From positions 1 to 64,000 of IMG/VR virus record IMGVR_UViG_3300032309_000911: a stretch of 64,000 bases of DNA; one strand, given 5' to 3'. The DNA is from a virus. The position numbers and the translations under genes are program-made. Each line of letters starts with the position of its first letter. The stretch's first letter is position 1. A model generated the notes under the pieces. The model did not search any database and was not told where the DNA came from. It was given only the letters and a program-made list of their open reading frames with translations. This document shows positions 1 to 8,932 of the stretch, in pieces.

Positions 1-1
1 A

Positions 2-358
2 AAATACGACAGTCAAGGTTTAAGACAGTTATTAAAAGCTGCTTTTGATCCTAAAATTATTTGGGATTTACCAGAAGGAACACCTCCTTACATAGCTAAC
101 GAGGCACCAGCTGGAACAGATCACACATCTTTATTAGATGAATCAAGAAAACTTTACCTTTTTATTAAAGGCGGAAGTAATATACCAAAAGTAAAAAAAG
201 AAACTCTTTATATACAAATGTTGGAAGCATTACATAAAGATGATGCTTTAGCATTAATTGCTATAAAAGAAAAAAATCTAAATCTAGTTTATAAAGGCCT
301 TACAGAAAACTGTGTAAAAGAAGCTTTTAACTGGAATGATGATTTTATGAGAAACTAA
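2..358 (+). CDS. conserved T4-like (cyanophage-type) hypothetical protein, 5'-truncated by the window edge
   Basis: Manual translation of frame 2: KYDSQGLRQLLKAAFDPKIIWDLPEGTPPY...ETLYIQMLEALHKDDA...NWNDDFMRN*. The LPEGxPPY and LExLH motifs are typical of a hypothetical family in aquatic T4-like phages. Confidence 0.7.
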   Translation, partial: KYDSQGLRQLLKAAFDPKIIWDLPEGTPPYIANEAPAGTDHTSLLDESRKLYLFIKGGSNIPKVKKETLYIQMLEALHKDDALALIAIKEKNLNLVYKGLTENCVKEAFNWNDDFMRN

Positions 359-360
359 GC

Positions 361-395
361 ACTAAAGAGTGTTGTAAAAATGCAACACTCTTAGT
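361..395 (+). promoter_or_regulatory. inverted repeat containing the 18-bp palindromic box TGTTGTAAAAATGCAACA (terminator and/or operator)
   Basis: GAGTGTTG...CAACACTC stem directly after the stop at 358; a near-identical box occurs at 25880-25897. Confidence 0.55.
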
Positions 396-445
396 AACCT
401 ATTGATATTAAAAACAAATATCTTTTCCATACACAAAAATAAAGC

Positions 446-474
446 TTGTAATTAACATATTTACATGTTATATT
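446..474 (+). promoter_or_regulatory. sigma70-type early promoter
   Basis: TTGTAA (446-451), 17-nt spacer, TGn-TATATT (469-474), upstream of the ORF at 508. Confidence 0.55.
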
Positions 475-507
475 ATACCTATATTAACAACTATATAATG
501 AAACACT

Positions 508-897
508 ATGAAATATATAACCAATATAGATAACTTTGAGGATTATTTAATTGATGATTCTAATGAATATAATGAAATGAATGATTACTTAGATAATAAA
601 AAATTTACATTTGATAATATTGTAAAATTATATAAAAAACATTTTATTTCTAAAATGTATAAAGATTTAGACTTTTCATATGCTATTATAAGAAATTTTG
701 AAAGAGCTTATATATCGAATCAAGAAATATTAGATAGAAATATTTTTATTTTAAAAAGTAAAATTTTACATAATCTTTCTAATAAAGAAATAGCAGATAG
801 ATATAGTATATGTTCTACGACTGTTTCTAGTTTATATAAAAAAATGTTAAAAGACCTTAAAAACATTATACAAAAAACATATTTACAAAAACAATAG
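508..897 (+). CDS. protein with a C-terminal sigma70 region-4-like helix-turn-helix
   Basis: DRNIFILK...LSNKEIADRYSICSTTVSSLYKKMLKDLK matches the sigma r4 HTH pattern (S/TxxEIA...SxxTV). Confidence 0.55.
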   Translation: MKYITNIDNFEDYLIDDSNEYNEMNDYLDNKKFTFDNIVKLYKKHFISKMYKDLDFSYAIIRNFERAYISNQEILDRNIFILKSKILHNLSNKEIADRYSICSTTVSSLYKKMLKDLKNIIQKTYLQKQ

Positions 898-910
898 AAA
901 GATAAATATT

Positions 911-1249
911 ATGAAGAAGTTTTTGATTTACATTACTATACTAGGTTTGCTAGTGTATGGCCTTTTAACCCTTTTTATGAAATCGGTTAAGGCTAGTGAA
1001 TATAATACGGCTGTTGTAGGCCACGTGATAACACAAAAGGTATCTGGCCAACCAGTTGATGCTTCTAAATTGATGGAACAAGAATTGGCACGAGTAGCAC
1101 ATTTGTTCGCTATTGATAGTATTAATATATTGCAGAAGTATTTACCTGCTATATTAGATAAAGCGGCCGCTGAATTAAGACTTGAAGCAGATAAATCATA
1201 TAAATGCAGTTTACTAAAGGATACAAAGATACAAGACGATTGTAAGTAA
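911..1249 (+). CDS. hypothetical protein with N-terminal signal/TM segment
   Basis: 112 aa ORF, hydrophobic N-terminus, co-oriented in the operon. Confidence 0.6.
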   Translation: MKKFLIYITILGLLVYGLLTLFMKSVKASEYNTAVVGHVITQKVSGQPVDASKLMEQELARVAHLFAIDSINILQKYLPAILDKAAAELRLEADKSYKCSLLKDTKIQDDCK

Positions 1250-1252
1250 TGT

Positions 1253-1666
1253 ATGATAAAGGTAACTAAAAAGAAAGTTTTAACGATTAAAAAGAAACTT
1301 ATGCCATTGTTATCTTCAAAAGAAAAATATTCTACCACATATAAAGACATCAAAAAATATTTTAAAATACTCAATGAGGGACTATTTAACAATAAATTAT
1401 CACCTTTTAACGATATAGAAATTAAAGAATTAAAAAGACAAAAATGTATGGGTCAAGTTATTATAGTTGATTATGAGAGAAAAGGTACAAGAACTTTAAA
1501 ATTGGAAATGGATACAAAATACGATAATAAAAAAGATTTCTTGGAGACGTTAGCCCATGAAATGGTGCACCTTTATCAGTTTACACAGTTAAACGATAAT
1601 GGTAACCACAACAAACTATTTTATAGTTTTAGACCTAATCTAAAATATGTTGGTTTAAAATTATAA
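1253..1666 (+). CDS. SprT-like zinc metalloprotease
   Basis: TLAHEMVHLYQ (HExxH) followed by a downstream HNKLF; LNEGLFNNKL N-terminal motif. Confidence 0.75.
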   Translation: MIKVTKKKVLTIKKKLMPLLSSKEKYSTTYKDIKKYFKILNEGLFNNKLSPFNDIEIKELKRQKCMGQVIIVDYERKGTRTLKLEMDTKYDNKKDFLETLAHEMVHLYQFTQLNDNGNHNKLFYSFRPNLKYVGLKL

Positions 1667-1684
1667 ACAACCGAAGGATATATA

Positions 1685-2014
1685 ATGACACAAGTGATAA
1701 CAAAAAAGTTCAAAGATGAATACCTTAAATCATCTATTAAAAATTCTATTAAAGCAATAGAAGATTTTACCGAAAATCGGAGACGAGGAGATCAAATCGT
1801 TTATTATGAGGGTAATTTCCAAGAAGATGTTTTAAATAATTTTTCTAATAAAGAATCAGAAGAAATATTTAATAATATGAAAAAATACTTAAACGATTAT
1901 AGATTAATTTTTTTACAAAAGAAAATTAAAATTAATGACGTTAATACACAAGTTAGTGAATTAAACGAACCAAAACATTACTTTTCTTATATTGTAAGTA
2001 AAAGAGTATTTTAA
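1685..2014 (+). CDS. hypothetical protein
   Basis: 109 aa ORF preceded by an AAGGA RBS. Confidence 0.6.
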   Translation: MTQVITKKFKDEYLKSSIKNSIKAIEDFTENRRRGDQIVYYEGNFQEDVLNNFSNKESEEIFNNMKKYLNDYRLIFLQKKIKINDVNTQVSELNEPKHYFSYIVSKRVF

Positions 2015-2026
2015 TTATATTCATAT

Positions 2027-2728
2027 ATGAAACCTAGACCTTGGTATTGGCACGTTAAATATAAGTGGCCACGAAAAATTAAATATCATATTAGACAATT
2101 AATGTCTATTATTGGTATTACTTTAATAGGATTTGGTATAGGTACGTTTTATCCTAACTTTATATCTCAACACAATGTTGAGGAAAAGGCAATAGACAAA
2201 ACTATAAAATGGGCCAAAGAAATTGGTTTCATGGAACCTAGAATAGAAACTTATAGTGATGAAATTTTTATCAAAACTATGCAAAAATGTATTGCTTATT
2301 TAAATTTAGAACTTCATAAAAATGAACAAATACCTGACGAACTTATTATCGCTCAGGCCATAATTGAAAGTAATGCTGGATTAAGTAGATTTGCACGTGA
2401 AGGAAACAATTTATTTGGAATAAGAGTATGGAATAAAGACGCAGGAATTTTACCACAAGGATATAACGATACATTATCTTGGAGAGTTAAATCATATAAT
2501 AGTAAATGTGCTTCTGTCCGAGATTACATTAAAATTTTAAATACAAAACAGGCATATTCTGAATTTAGGAAAATACGTGATAAACAGAATAGACTATGGG
2601 GGAAACCTGATGGTATAGAATTGGCACGTGGACTTGATAGTTGGAGTACTACAAAAGATTATGAACAACAAGTTATAAATATAATTAAGAAATTGAGACA
2701 AGATGGAAAGATCGTAATTAAAAGATGA
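2027..2728 (+). CDS. membrane-anchored glucosaminidase (GH73/Bax-like peptidoglycan hydrolase)
   Basis: AQAIIESNAGLSRFAREGNNLFGIR catalytic motif, YxxFR and WSTTKDY motifs, N-terminal TM helix. Confidence 0.8.
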   Translation: MKPRPWYWHVKYKWPRKIKYHIRQLMSIIGITLIGFGIGTFYPNFISQHNVEEKAIDKTIKWAKEIGFMEPRIETYSDEIFIKTMQKCIAYLNLELHKNEQIPDELIIAQAIIESNAGLSRFAREGNNLFGIRVWNKDAGILPQGYNDTLSWRVKSYNSKCASVRDYIKILNTKQAYSEFRKIRDKQNRLWGKPDGIELARGLDSWSTTKDYEQQVINIIKKLRQDGKIVIKR

Positions 2729-2865
2729 CAAAAGAAAGACCAAAAATATACGAGAGAAATCCTGATACAGGTGTAATACGTTGGCGATATGTTGATGAAT
2801 CACATGATAAGTTTGGATGGCCTAATTACGGCAGATTATTAAAAACAAAAAAGGAGAAAAAATGA
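2725..2865 (+). CDS. small hypothetical protein (46 aa, not in the ORF track)
   Basis: MTKERPKIYERNPDTGVIRWRYVDESHDKFGWPNYGRLLKTKKEKK*, with ATGA overlaps to both neighbours. Confidence 0.65.
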   Translation: MTKERPKIYERNPDTGVIRWRYVDESHDKFGWPNYGRLLKTKKEKK

Positions 2866-3137
2866 ACGAAGTACTATTTTTTGGTGGCGCAGCTCTTGTA
2901 ATAGGTTTAAGTTATTTTATGGGGTTTAAAAATGGGATTGATAAAAACTTAAAAGAACAAGTAAGGCAATTTTTACATGATATGACCGTATCTCAAATGG
3001 CACACACACATTTTATGCAAAAAGCAGCAAATGAAACAAAACTATTGTTAAAAAATTTAGGTATTAAAAACCCAAAAAATATAAAAGCACCTAAATTAAT
3101 GACATTGGAACAATTTGATTCTGAAAACAAAAAATAA
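2862..3137 (+). CDS. hypothetical protein with N-terminal TM
   Basis: AAGGAG RBS; hydrophobic N-terminus. Confidence 0.6.
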   Translation: MNEVLFFGGAALVIGLSYFMGFKNGIDKNLKEQVRQFLHDMTVSQMAHTHFMQKAANETKLLLKNLGIKNPKNIKAPKLMTLEQFDSENKK

Positions 3138-3141
3138 TTAA

Positions 3142-4206
3142 ATGATATTAACCACACTATTATTCTTATCAGGTATTGCAGTATCTATTGTAGGTGCTTA
3201 TTATTCAATATTAGGATTAGCATCTTTATTTGCCGGCGCATATTGGGCAGTGGTAACAATGGGTATTACACTAGAAGCTGCAAAACTGGTAACAGTATCT
3301 TGGTTATATCGTAACTGGAATTTAAAAGAACTACCTAATTCAATAAGAATGTACTTGACATCTGCTGTTTTAATGCTTATGTTCATTACATCAATAGGCA
3401 TATTTGGGTTTTTATCTAAAGCACATTTAGATACAGCAGCACCAAATACTGGTAATAGATTATTAGTTAAGAATATTGAAAAACAAATAGAATCAGAAAA
3501 AAAAACAGTTGACGGTGCTCAAAAAATTGTAGATCAATTAGATAAAGCATTAGATAAGGTCATAGAGAAAGACGCTGACAAAGGTTTAGTAGAAAGACAA
3601 AAACAACAGAACGAGAGAAATAAAGCCAATAATATTATTGCCAATTCATCTAAAAAGATTACAGAATTATCAAATCAAAAACTTAAATACGACAAAGAGC
3701 AGTTATCTATAGACAAGGAAGTGGGGCCATTTAAATATGTTGCCGAAATTTTATTTGGTGATAGTGATAATGGTAATTTAGATAGAGCTGTTAGATTTAT
3801 TATTATATGTTTAATTATGGTATTTGACCCTTTAGCTGTATTAATGTTAGTTGCTTTTAATTCTTCTCTTAAAAATAAAGAATTAAATAATAAACAAACT
3901 TATAAAAACGAATATAGAATTACTTATCCCGAAGATTTAAAAACTAATGATTATACAAATAATTCTACTTCAACTGAATTAAAAACAAACAAATCTTCAA
4001 TTAAAGATATAATTTTAAAACAAATATTAGAAAAAATTAATGATAAAAATAAATCACAAAAAGAAAGAGATAGAGATTATCAAAAATTTGTACAAGAAAT
4101 AGGTGCTAAAGAACTTGAAGGATTAAGTCCAGATGAAATAAAAATAAAACTAGATCAAATTTATGATTGGAATGAAAAGAAAGGAAAAGATGAAAAAAAT
4201 AGTTAG
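3142..4206 (+). CDS. multi-pass membrane protein with coiled coil, common in T4-like aquatic phages
   Basis: Three N-terminal TM helices (AYYSILGL, LEAAKLV, ITSIGIFGFLSKAH), a coiled coil, then EVGPFKY and VFDPLAVLML motifs. Confidence 0.7.
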   Translation: MILTTLLFLSGIAVSIVGAYYSILGLASLFAGAYWAVVTMGITLEAAKLVTVSWLYRNWNLKELPNSIRMYLTSAVLMLMFITSIGIFGFLSKAHLDTAAPNTGNRLLVKNIEKQIESEKKTVDGAQKIVDQLDKALDKVIEKDADKGLVERQKQQNERNKANNIIANSSKKITELSNQKLKYDKEQLSIDKEVGPFKYVAEILFGDSDNGNLDRAVRFIIICLIMVFDPLAVLMLVAFNSSLKNKELNNKQTYKNEYRITYPEDLKTNDYTNNSTSTELKTNKSSIKDIILKQILEKINDKNKSQKERDRDYQKFVQEIGAKELEGLSPDEIKIKLDQIYDWNEKKGKDEKNS

Positions 4207-4327
4207 TATATTGTTATTATTAATTATTGTTGCTTGCACAACCACAAACACAACAACACAATCAGAACCTAAAACTGATTTTAATAAAATTATCAATGGT
4301 TTAAAAGCAATAGTAATACCAAATTAA
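4190..4327 (+). CDS. small putative lipoprotein (45 aa, not in the ORF track)
   Basis: MKKIVSILLLLIIVAC-TTTNTTTQSEP...: signal peptide with a lipobox Cys; AAGGA RBS. Confidence 0.6.
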   Translation: MKKIVSILLLLIIVACTTTNTTTQSEPKTDFNKIINGLKAIVIPN

Positions 4328-4329
4328 TG

Positions 4330-4358
4330 TTGACAAGAAATAAATTAAATGATATAAT
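4330..4358 (+). promoter_or_regulatory. consensus sigma70 promoter
   Basis: TTGACA (4330-4335), 17 nt, TGa-TATAAT (4353-4358). Confidence 0.8.
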
Positions 4359-4366
4359 GAAAGTAT

Positions 4367-4516
4367 ATGAAGTTGAATCTTACAAATAAATTACAACAAA
4401 GACTTATAGATAACGCATTTAAAGCTTGTGAAAAAGCAGAATCTAAATGGGCAAAAAACTTTTGGTTTACCGTTTGGAAAAAATTGTGTCAAAGATATAA
4501 AAAAGGTATACATTAA
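4367..4516 (+). CDS. small hypothetical protein (49 aa, not in the ORF track)
   Basis: MKLNLTNKLQQRLIDNAFKACEKAESKWAKNFWFTVWKKLCQRYKKGIH*; TAATG coupling to the next gene. Confidence 0.6.
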   Translation: MKLNLTNKLQQRLIDNAFKACEKAESKWAKNFWFTVWKKLCQRYKKGIH

Positions 4517-5085
4517 TGAATATATTTTATTTAGATAAAGATCCTATAAAAGCGGCAGAAATGTCTTGTGATAAACACGTATGTAAAATGATTATAGAAT
4601 CGGCACAAATGCTATCAACAGCACATAGAGTATTAGATGGCCAAGAATTTACAGATAAAACGGCAAATGGCCGTAATATAAAAAGATGGCGACATCCAGA
4701 TAAAGACTTAGATAAAATTTTATATAAAGCCAGTCATATCAAACATCCAAGTACACAATGGGTAATGTATAATTTACATAATTATATATGGTTGTATAGA
4801 CACATGATGGCATTGCACTCACAATTTAAATTGAGATATAATAAATCAGAAGATCACATGACTATACAAAAACTAGGTAAGATATTAAAAGATGCTCCCA
4901 GAAGATTGCCAGTAAGAGATCAAAAAGAACCTACACCAGCAATGCCAGATGAATGTAAAGTACCAGGAGATTCAGTAGCTAGTTATAGAAAATACTATAT
5001 AATGAAGAAAAAAGATTTTGCTACTTGGAAATATCCAGCAGTAATGCCAAACTGGTACAAAAAAGGTATTGAAAATGCCTTCTAA
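4516..5085 (+). CDS. pyrimidine-dimer DNA glycosylase (DenV/Pyr_excise)-like protein
   Basis: MNIFYLDKDPIKAA...DKHVCKMIIESAQMLSTAH, HPSTQW and PAMPDECK...V.SYRKYY family motifs. Confidence 0.7.
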   Translation: MNIFYLDKDPIKAAEMSCDKHVCKMIIESAQMLSTAHRVLDGQEFTDKTANGRNIKRWRHPDKDLDKILYKASHIKHPSTQWVMYNLHNYIWLYRHMMALHSQFKLRYNKSEDHMTIQKLGKILKDAPRRLPVRDQKEPTPAMPDECKVPGDSVASYRKYYIMKKKDFATWKYPAVMPNWYKKGIENAF

Positions 5086-5329
5086 AGATGATAAAGAATT
5101 AAAAGAAGTTTATAATATAGTATTTCAAGAAGTTGCTCGTTTAATATTGGTTGAAAAAAAACAAACACAAATAGTTGCCGCAACACTATTAGCACAAGCA
5201 TTAAGGCTGTATAAATCATCTTTAAATGATTCTGATTTTTTAAGAATGTTAAAATCAATACCAGAATCGGCAGAGAATATTAGACCTTATGATGAATTAG
5301 AATCTAACAATAAACAAACCATAAATTAA
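5069..5329 (+). CDS. hypothetical protein
   Basis: Overlapping co-oriented ORF. Confidence 0.55.
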   Translation: MKMPSKDDKELKEVYNIVFQEVARLILVEKKQTQIVAATLLAQALRLYKSSLNDSDFLRMLKSIPESAENIRPYDELESNNKQTIN

Positions 5330-5535
5330 TGAAAATTACTAGAAAAAGAACCTTTGTTAAAGCTTTAATATATAGAATATGGATATTTACTATAACATAT
5401 TTATTGTTAATAATTACAGGACAATCATGGCATGATGCTATAATACCTACTATAGGTTTTAATTTTTTATTAACATTTACCTATTATAGTTATGATAGAT
5501 TATGGCAAAAAATAAAATGGGGAATAGAAAAATGA
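5329..5535 (+). CDS. DUF2061-like small membrane protein
   Basis: RTFVKALIYRI...YYSYDRLWQKIKWG signature with two TM helices. Confidence 0.7.
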   Translation: MKITRKRTFVKALIYRIWIFTITYLLLIITGQSWHDAIIPTIGFNFLLTFTYYSYDRLWQKIKWGIEK

Positions 5536-5939
5536 AAAAAATATTTTTTATATTTTTAATTTTTACATTCTTCATAAATTCTTCATATTCTAATACGTCA
5601 ACCACAACTATGACTGTAAGCGTTAGAGTTGTTGAAAATTATGAAAAAAATAAAATTATTAATGCTAACTATTTAATAAATGAAAATAAAATTACTATAC
5701 CTAATGATAAACCTTTAGTAGTATCTTTTGAAAAAGACAATACGAAAGTAACGCATATAATTCGAGAAATTGATTATAATTGTTGTTATTGTACACAAAA
5801 ATACATTGATGGTACTTATATTGATGAAGAAAGAAATTCTTATTTATTTGATAAAAGAACAAACAAATTAGCCGTAAATTATTCAAACCAAAATACAGGC
5901 AAAGTTATTTTTTGTCCTAAAATAAATATAAAAAAATAA
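5532..5939 (+). CDS. hypothetical secreted protein
   Basis: Likely start MKKIFFIFLIF at 5532 (ATGA overlap); signal peptide-like N-terminus. Confidence 0.5.
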   Translation: MKKIFFIFLIFTFFINSSYSNTSTTTMTVSVRVVENYEKNKIINANYLINENKITIPNDKPLVVSFEKDNTKVTHIIREIDYNCCYCTQKYIDGTYIDEERNSYLFDKRTNKLAVNYSNQNTGKVIFCPKINIKK

Positions 5940-5940
5940 T

Positions 5941-6246
5941 ATGCCAATATACAGTTTTGAAAATATTAAAACAGGAGAAGAATATACTGAACATTTATCA
6001 ATTTCAGAACTAGAAACTTATTTAAAAAAAAATAAAAATGTTAGACAAATATTTACGTCCCTAAATATTGTAGGTGGTGTATCGGGTTTAACTCATAAAA
6101 CAGATAGTGGTTGGCAAGACAATTTACAAAGAATAGCAGAAGCTCACCCAGGATCACCATTAGCTGAAAGATATAAAAAGAAATCTATTAAAGAAGTTAA
6201 AACAAAAGAAGTAATAAATAAACATAGGAAAAGAAAAAAATGGTAG
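5941..6246 (+). CDS. FmdB-like small regulatory/hypothetical protein of T4-like phages
   Basis: MPIYSFENIKTGE N-terminus; KTDSGWQDNLQRI..AHPGS motif. Confidence 0.6.
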   Translation: MPIYSFENIKTGEEYTEHLSISELETYLKKNKNVRQIFTSLNIVGGVSGLTHKTDSGWQDNLQRIAEAHPGSPLAERYKKKSIKEVKTKEVINKHRKRKKW

Positions 6247-6635
6247 ATAATAATATTCCAGATTACATGCGTGGTTTTGATCTTGATGAAGATTTTGGTT
6301 TTACACCAGTATCAAATAAACCCACAACAGAAACACCTTCTATTGATCCTAAAGTTATAGAAACTAATAACGTAGAATTATCTAAAATTAAATCTGATGT
6401 ATCTACTATTAAGTCTATGATAAATGAAATAATGGAAATTGTAAATGAAAAAGATTCCGTTTCTAAAGAAGTTGCAGATGCCACTACAGTACAGAGATTT
6501 AAAGATATCGAAAAAGTTATACTACCTTTTTTATACAATCTTAGTAAAAGTGATGAACCATATATACATTGGCCTAATAGAGGTCCAATTATTAAAGCTC
6601 AAATAGAAAAAATAATAAAATTAACAAGAGGATAA
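6240..6635 (+). CDS. conserved phage hypothetical protein
   Basis: DFGFT...ILPFLYNLSK...YIHWPNR motif. Confidence 0.6.
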   Translation: MVDNNIPDYMRGFDLDEDFGFTPVSNKPTTETPSIDPKVIETNNVELSKIKSDVSTIKSMINEIMEIVNEKDSVSKEVADATTVQRFKDIEKVILPFLYNLSKSDEPYIHWPNRGPIIKAQIEKIIKLTRG

Positions 6636-6636
6636 T

Positions 6637-7098
6637 ATGAATTTAACAGAAAACGTATCATTAAAAGAATTAACTAAAAGTGAATCAGCAACAAGATTTG
6701 GCATTTCAAATGAACCAACTGAAGAAGCTTTAGAAAATTTACAAAAATTGGCAACACATATACTTCAACCAGTTAGAGATAATTTTGGTAAACCTTTAAT
6801 TATAACTTCAGGTTATAGATCGCCAGAGCTTTGTGTAAAGATAGGAAGTACAACAACCAGCCAACACACTAAAGGTCAAGCTGCAGACTTTGAAATTGGT
6901 GGTATTGCTAATAAAGATTTAAGCGATTGGATTCATCAAAACCTTGATTATGATCAATTAATATTAGAATTTTGGAAACCAGAAGATCCTAATAGCGGTT
7001 GGGTACACTGTTCTTATAAAGGTGAAGGATTGAATAGAAAACAATATCTAAGAGCCATAACAGAAAACGGTAAGACTAAGTACGAACCTATGATATAG
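6637..7098 (+). CDS. peptidase M15A family (putative endolysin)
   Basis: ITSGYRS...SQHTKGQAADF...WVHCS zinc-ligand motifs. Confidence 0.85.
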   Translation: MNLTENVSLKELTKSESATRFGISNEPTEEALENLQKLATHILQPVRDNFGKPLIITSGYRSPELCVKIGSTTTSQHTKGQAADFEIGGIANKDLSDWIHQNLDYDQLILEFWKPEDPNSGWVHCSYKGEGLNRKQYLRAITENGKTKYEPMI

Positions 7099-7100
7099 GC

Positions 7101-7129
7101 TTGACAAACCACCTATATTATGATATATT
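7101..7129 (+). promoter_or_regulatory. sigma70 promoter
   Basis: TTGACA (7101-7106), 17 nt, TGa-TATATT (7124-7129). Confidence 0.7.
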
Positions 7130-7137
7130 ATTAGAAT

Positions 7138-7818
7138 ATGCCTAAAGAATTTAAATTTGTTAAAGTTGATCCTAAAGTTTTACCCGATACCAAAGGTAAA
7201 AATATAGATGGTATAAGATTTTACGAAATTGATGGTAAATCATATCCATCAGTAACTTCCGTATTATCATTACTTAAAAAAGATTCATTACAAGAATGGA
7301 GAAATAAAGTTGGCGAATCTGTTGCCAATTGGGAAATGGGTAGAGCTGCTAGACGTGGTAAAGCAATGCACACATTAGTTGAACAATATTTACAAAATTT
7401 AACACCATCAATCAGAGATGTATTACCATTAGGTTTATTTAAACTTATAAGACCTTATGTAGATCAAATTGATAATATAAAAATGTTAGAAACTATTATG
7501 TACAGTAAAAAGTTAACACTTGCTGGACAGGTGGACTGTATTGCTGAATATAATGGTAAATTATCTGTAATAGATTTCAAGTCGGCTAATAAAGAAAGAG
7601 AAGAAGGTTGGATAGAAAATTACTTCTTACAAACTACAGCCTATGCCATGATGTATGAAGAATTATATGGCGAAAAAATAGATCAATTAGTAGTTATATT
7701 GGCCTGTGAAGATGGTATAGCTCAGTGCTTTATTAAAAATAAAGCAGACTATGAAAAGAAACTTATAGAATCAGTACAAAACTTTTACACACATTTTAAT
7801 AATAAACAAAAATCCTAG
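7138..7818 (+). CDS. Cas4-like PD-(D/E)xK exonuclease (T4-like phage exonuclease)
   Basis: YPSVTSVL, RGKAMH, AGQVDCIAEYNGKLSVIDFKS and YFLQTTAYA motifs. Confidence 0.85.
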   Translation: MPKEFKFVKVDPKVLPDTKGKNIDGIRFYEIDGKSYPSVTSVLSLLKKDSLQEWRNKVGESVANWEMGRAARRGKAMHTLVEQYLQNLTPSIRDVLPLGLFKLIRPYVDQIDNIKMLETIMYSKKLTLAGQVDCIAEYNGKLSVIDFKSANKEREEGWIENYFLQTTAYAMMYEELYGEKIDQLVVILACEDGIAQCFIKNKADYEKKLIESVQNFYTHFNNKQKS

Positions 7819-7959
7819 TAGTAAATTATTTTAATAAATTTTTGCAAAATAGAATAATTTTTTAAAATTTAAAAAAAAAATCTTATTTTTAACTTATTTT
7901 TCTATTTAACTTGACTTTCACAGAAAATTATACTATATATTATTATAAAGGAGAAAAAA

Positions 7960-8871
7960 ATGAATATAATTAAAACAATAGTCCTGATTTGGACATTTTT
8001 TATAACTACAGTGGCATACTCTAATGAATTTTTAGTAACTACTGATTGGTTAGAAAAAAATTTAAACAACCCTAAACTTCGTATTGTTGAAGTAAGTACA
8101 GATACTGGTGTTTATGAAAGAGGTCATATACAAGGTGCTGTAAATATAAAATGGCACACAGACTTAGTTGATCCTATAAAAAGAGATATTGCTAGTAAAG
8201 AAAATTTACAAAAAACATTACAAGCACTAGGTATTAACAACGATAGTACTATCGTTATTTATGGAGATAACAATAACTGGTTTGCTGCTTGGGGTGCTTG
8301 GGTATTTGATGTATATGGAATAAAAAATGTTAAGTTACTAGATGGTGGTAGAAAAAAATGGGAATCAGAAAAAAGACCATTGACGCCAGTTGCTACATCA
8401 GTTAAAACAGGTAACATTTTGTTGTCAAATGCTAATAATACTTTAAGAGCAAGACTAACAGATGTTGTAGAAGTTGCCAATAAAAAATCTAATACGATTT
8501 TAGTTGACATTAGATCACCTGATGAATATAGTGGTAAAATTTTTGCACCACCAGGAGTTCAAGAGTTAGCAATTAGAGCTGGTCATATTCCAGGTGCGGT
8601 CAATGTTCCTTGGGCATCAGCAGTTGCACCAGATGGAACTTTTAAGTCTAAAGAAGAACTTAAAAAAATATATGGTGATGTAGGTGTTGATGAAAAGAAA
8701 ACTATTATCACATATTGCAGAATAGGCGAAAGATCAAGTCATACTTGGTTTGCACTTAAAAAAATATTAGGTTATGAAGTGAGAAACTATGATGGTTCTT
8801 GGACAGAATATGGTAATTCAGTAGGCAATCCAGTAGCCAATCCAGCAGGTACAGTTTGGGGTGGCAAATAA
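7960..8871 (+). CDS. two-domain thiosulfate sulfurtransferase (rhodanese, SseA/CysA-like) with signal peptide
   Basis: GHIQGA, LDGG, GHIPGA, active-site YCRIGERSS, C-terminal YDGSWTEY; AAGGAG RBS; N-terminal signal ending AYS. Confidence 0.9.
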   Translation: MNIIKTIVLIWTFFITTVAYSNEFLVTTDWLEKNLNNPKLRIVEVSTDTGVYERGHIQGAVNIKWHTDLVDPIKRDIASKENLQKTLQALGINNDSTIVIYGDNNNWFAAWGAWVFDVYGIKNVKLLDGGRKKWESEKRPLTPVATSVKTGNILLSNANNTLRARLTDVVEVANKKSNTILVDIRSPDEYSGKIFAPPGVQELAIRAGHIPGAVNVPWASAVAPDGTFKSKEELKKIYGDVGVDEKKTIITYCRIGERSSHTWFALKKILGYEVRNYDGSWTEYGNSVGNPVANPAGTVWGGK

Positions 8872-8876
8872 CATTG

Positions 8877-8905
8877 ATGAGGTATGCAAAAATAACATAC
8901 CTCAT
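8877..8905 (+). terminator. stem-loop after the rhodanese gene
   Basis: ATGAGGTATG-N9-CATACCTCAT perfect 10-bp stem. Confidence 0.55.
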
Positions 8906-8932
8906 ATGTTAAAATTACATATAAATAATATT

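Noticed and set aside
928-1392. 154 aa minus-strand ORF and similar antisense ORFs (e.g. 6263, 42224, 45498)
   Set aside because: Each lies opposite a well-supported plus-strand gene and has no motifs or RBS.
7138-7818. Cas4-like nuclease as evidence of a CRISPR-Cas system
   Set aside because: It is a stand-alone PD-(D/E)xK exonuclease routinely found in T4-like phages; no array or other cas genes are in the window.
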